Positions 31,367 to 32,000 of a stretch of DNA of 32,000 bases are shown in pieces; the first letter of the stretch is position 1; every line of letters starts with the position of its first letter. The notes beneath the pieces were generated by a model. It was not told the origin of the DNA and made no database searches. It worked only from the letters and a program-made list of their open reading frames with translations. This DNA comes from Vibrio cholerae ATCC 14035 (GTDB taxonomy: Bacteria > Pseudomonadota > Gammaproteobacteria > Enterobacterales > Vibrionaceae), in contig NZ_JHXR01000002.1 in the NCBI RefSeq assembly GCF_000621645.1, positions 1-32,000 on the forward strand, read 5' to 3'. Both the position numbers and the translations under genes were made by a program.

Positions 31367-32000
31367 TTACGCCACTTTTCTCGCTGACGATGGCTGTGCA
31401 AAGGGCATTAACGCTTGGTGCAGCACGCACACCCCGTTCGCGTAATCCGCATCATCCACCACAAACTGTACATTCACATTACGCATCGACGAGTGTGCGG
31501 CCATGGGTTGCAACTGGTGTTCCAGTAACGCTTGCAATCCTTGGGCGAGCACTTTGTTGGTTTCCATGTGCGCACCGATCGCTGAGATCAGCGCAACCAT
31601 TCGCCCTGAGACTTTCGCTTGCGGATAACGCTTCTCCGCTTGATAGCGAATGTGATTGAGTGGCTCGCTGCTGCCACTCAGATAATAAGTGACTGAGTTG
31701 GCGTTCATCTCTTTACCGATCAACTGCACTTTCGCTGCGTGGATCCATTCAATCAATTCATGGCTGACTTTATCCATCATCCCGACCATGCTTTGGTCAA
31801 ACAGATGCAACGCAAACACTTTATCTCGTCCTGCAATGATCTCCACTCTATCTTGCTGCGGCTGATGTGAGGCTGTAATTAACGTGCCAGAATGGTCAGG
31901 TTCAAAGGTATTTTTGATCCGCAAATCGATATTACTTTGTCTTAACCCTGCTGCCGCGTTGGGGTGGATCGCCTCCATACCGAGATTAGCCAATTGATCC
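31367..32000 (-). CDS. Aspartate kinase, C-terminal (ACT-domain) part; N-terminus lies beyond the window end
   Basis: ...MEAIHPNAAAGLRQSNIDLRIKNTFEPDHSGTLI... is followed by regulatory ACT-like repeats. The frame stays open to position 32000. Confidence 0.8.
   Translation of the reverse strand, partial: DQLANLGMEAIHPNAAAGLRQSNIDLRIKNTFEPDHSGTLITASHQPQQDRVEIIAGRDKVFALHLFDQSMVGMMDKVSHELIEWIHAAKVQLIGKEMNANSVTYYLSGSSEPLNHIRYQAEKRYPQAKVSGRMVALISAIGAHMETNKVLAQGLQALLEHQLQPMAAHSSMRNVNVQFVVDDADYANGVCVLHQALMPFAQPSSARKVA

Overview
By gene order and close protein matches recalled from memory (no search was run), this window looks like core DNA of the Vibrio cholerae small chromosome (chromosome II). It carries a HAD phosphatase, creA, gsk, an LTA-synthase/sulfatase-family membrane protein, vesA, deaD, rnb, a DUF3024 gene, an orphan PstS-like binding protein, a MaoC-like dehydratase and an FeS-BCP/(6-4) photolyase. 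These are followed by the Vc1 c-di-GMP riboswitch with gbpA, lapX-lap, speB-speA, a short MscS-like gene with mgtE, a sigma32-driven second groES-groEL copy, and the 3' end of an aspartokinase gene. The left edge (1 to about 2450) is visibly more AT-rich and is mobile DNA. It holds the end of an IS3-family insertion sequence, a Rha/KilAC-type antirepressor gene split by one in-frame TAA, and a small serine recombinase with an unusual N-terminal extension. I saw no rRNA, tRNA, CRISPR array or integron attC site. The best second-look target is the repeat architecture around the 5' end of the recombinase gene. There, a 20-bp inverted repeat brackets 148 bp containing a palindromic motif array and a promoter-like element, and a perfect in-frame 21-bp direct repeat brackets 82 codons. 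Together these suggest an uncharacterised invertible or resolvable switch. I do not see a complete novel multi-gene system inside the window. The accessory element is cut by the IS and may continue to the left of position 1.
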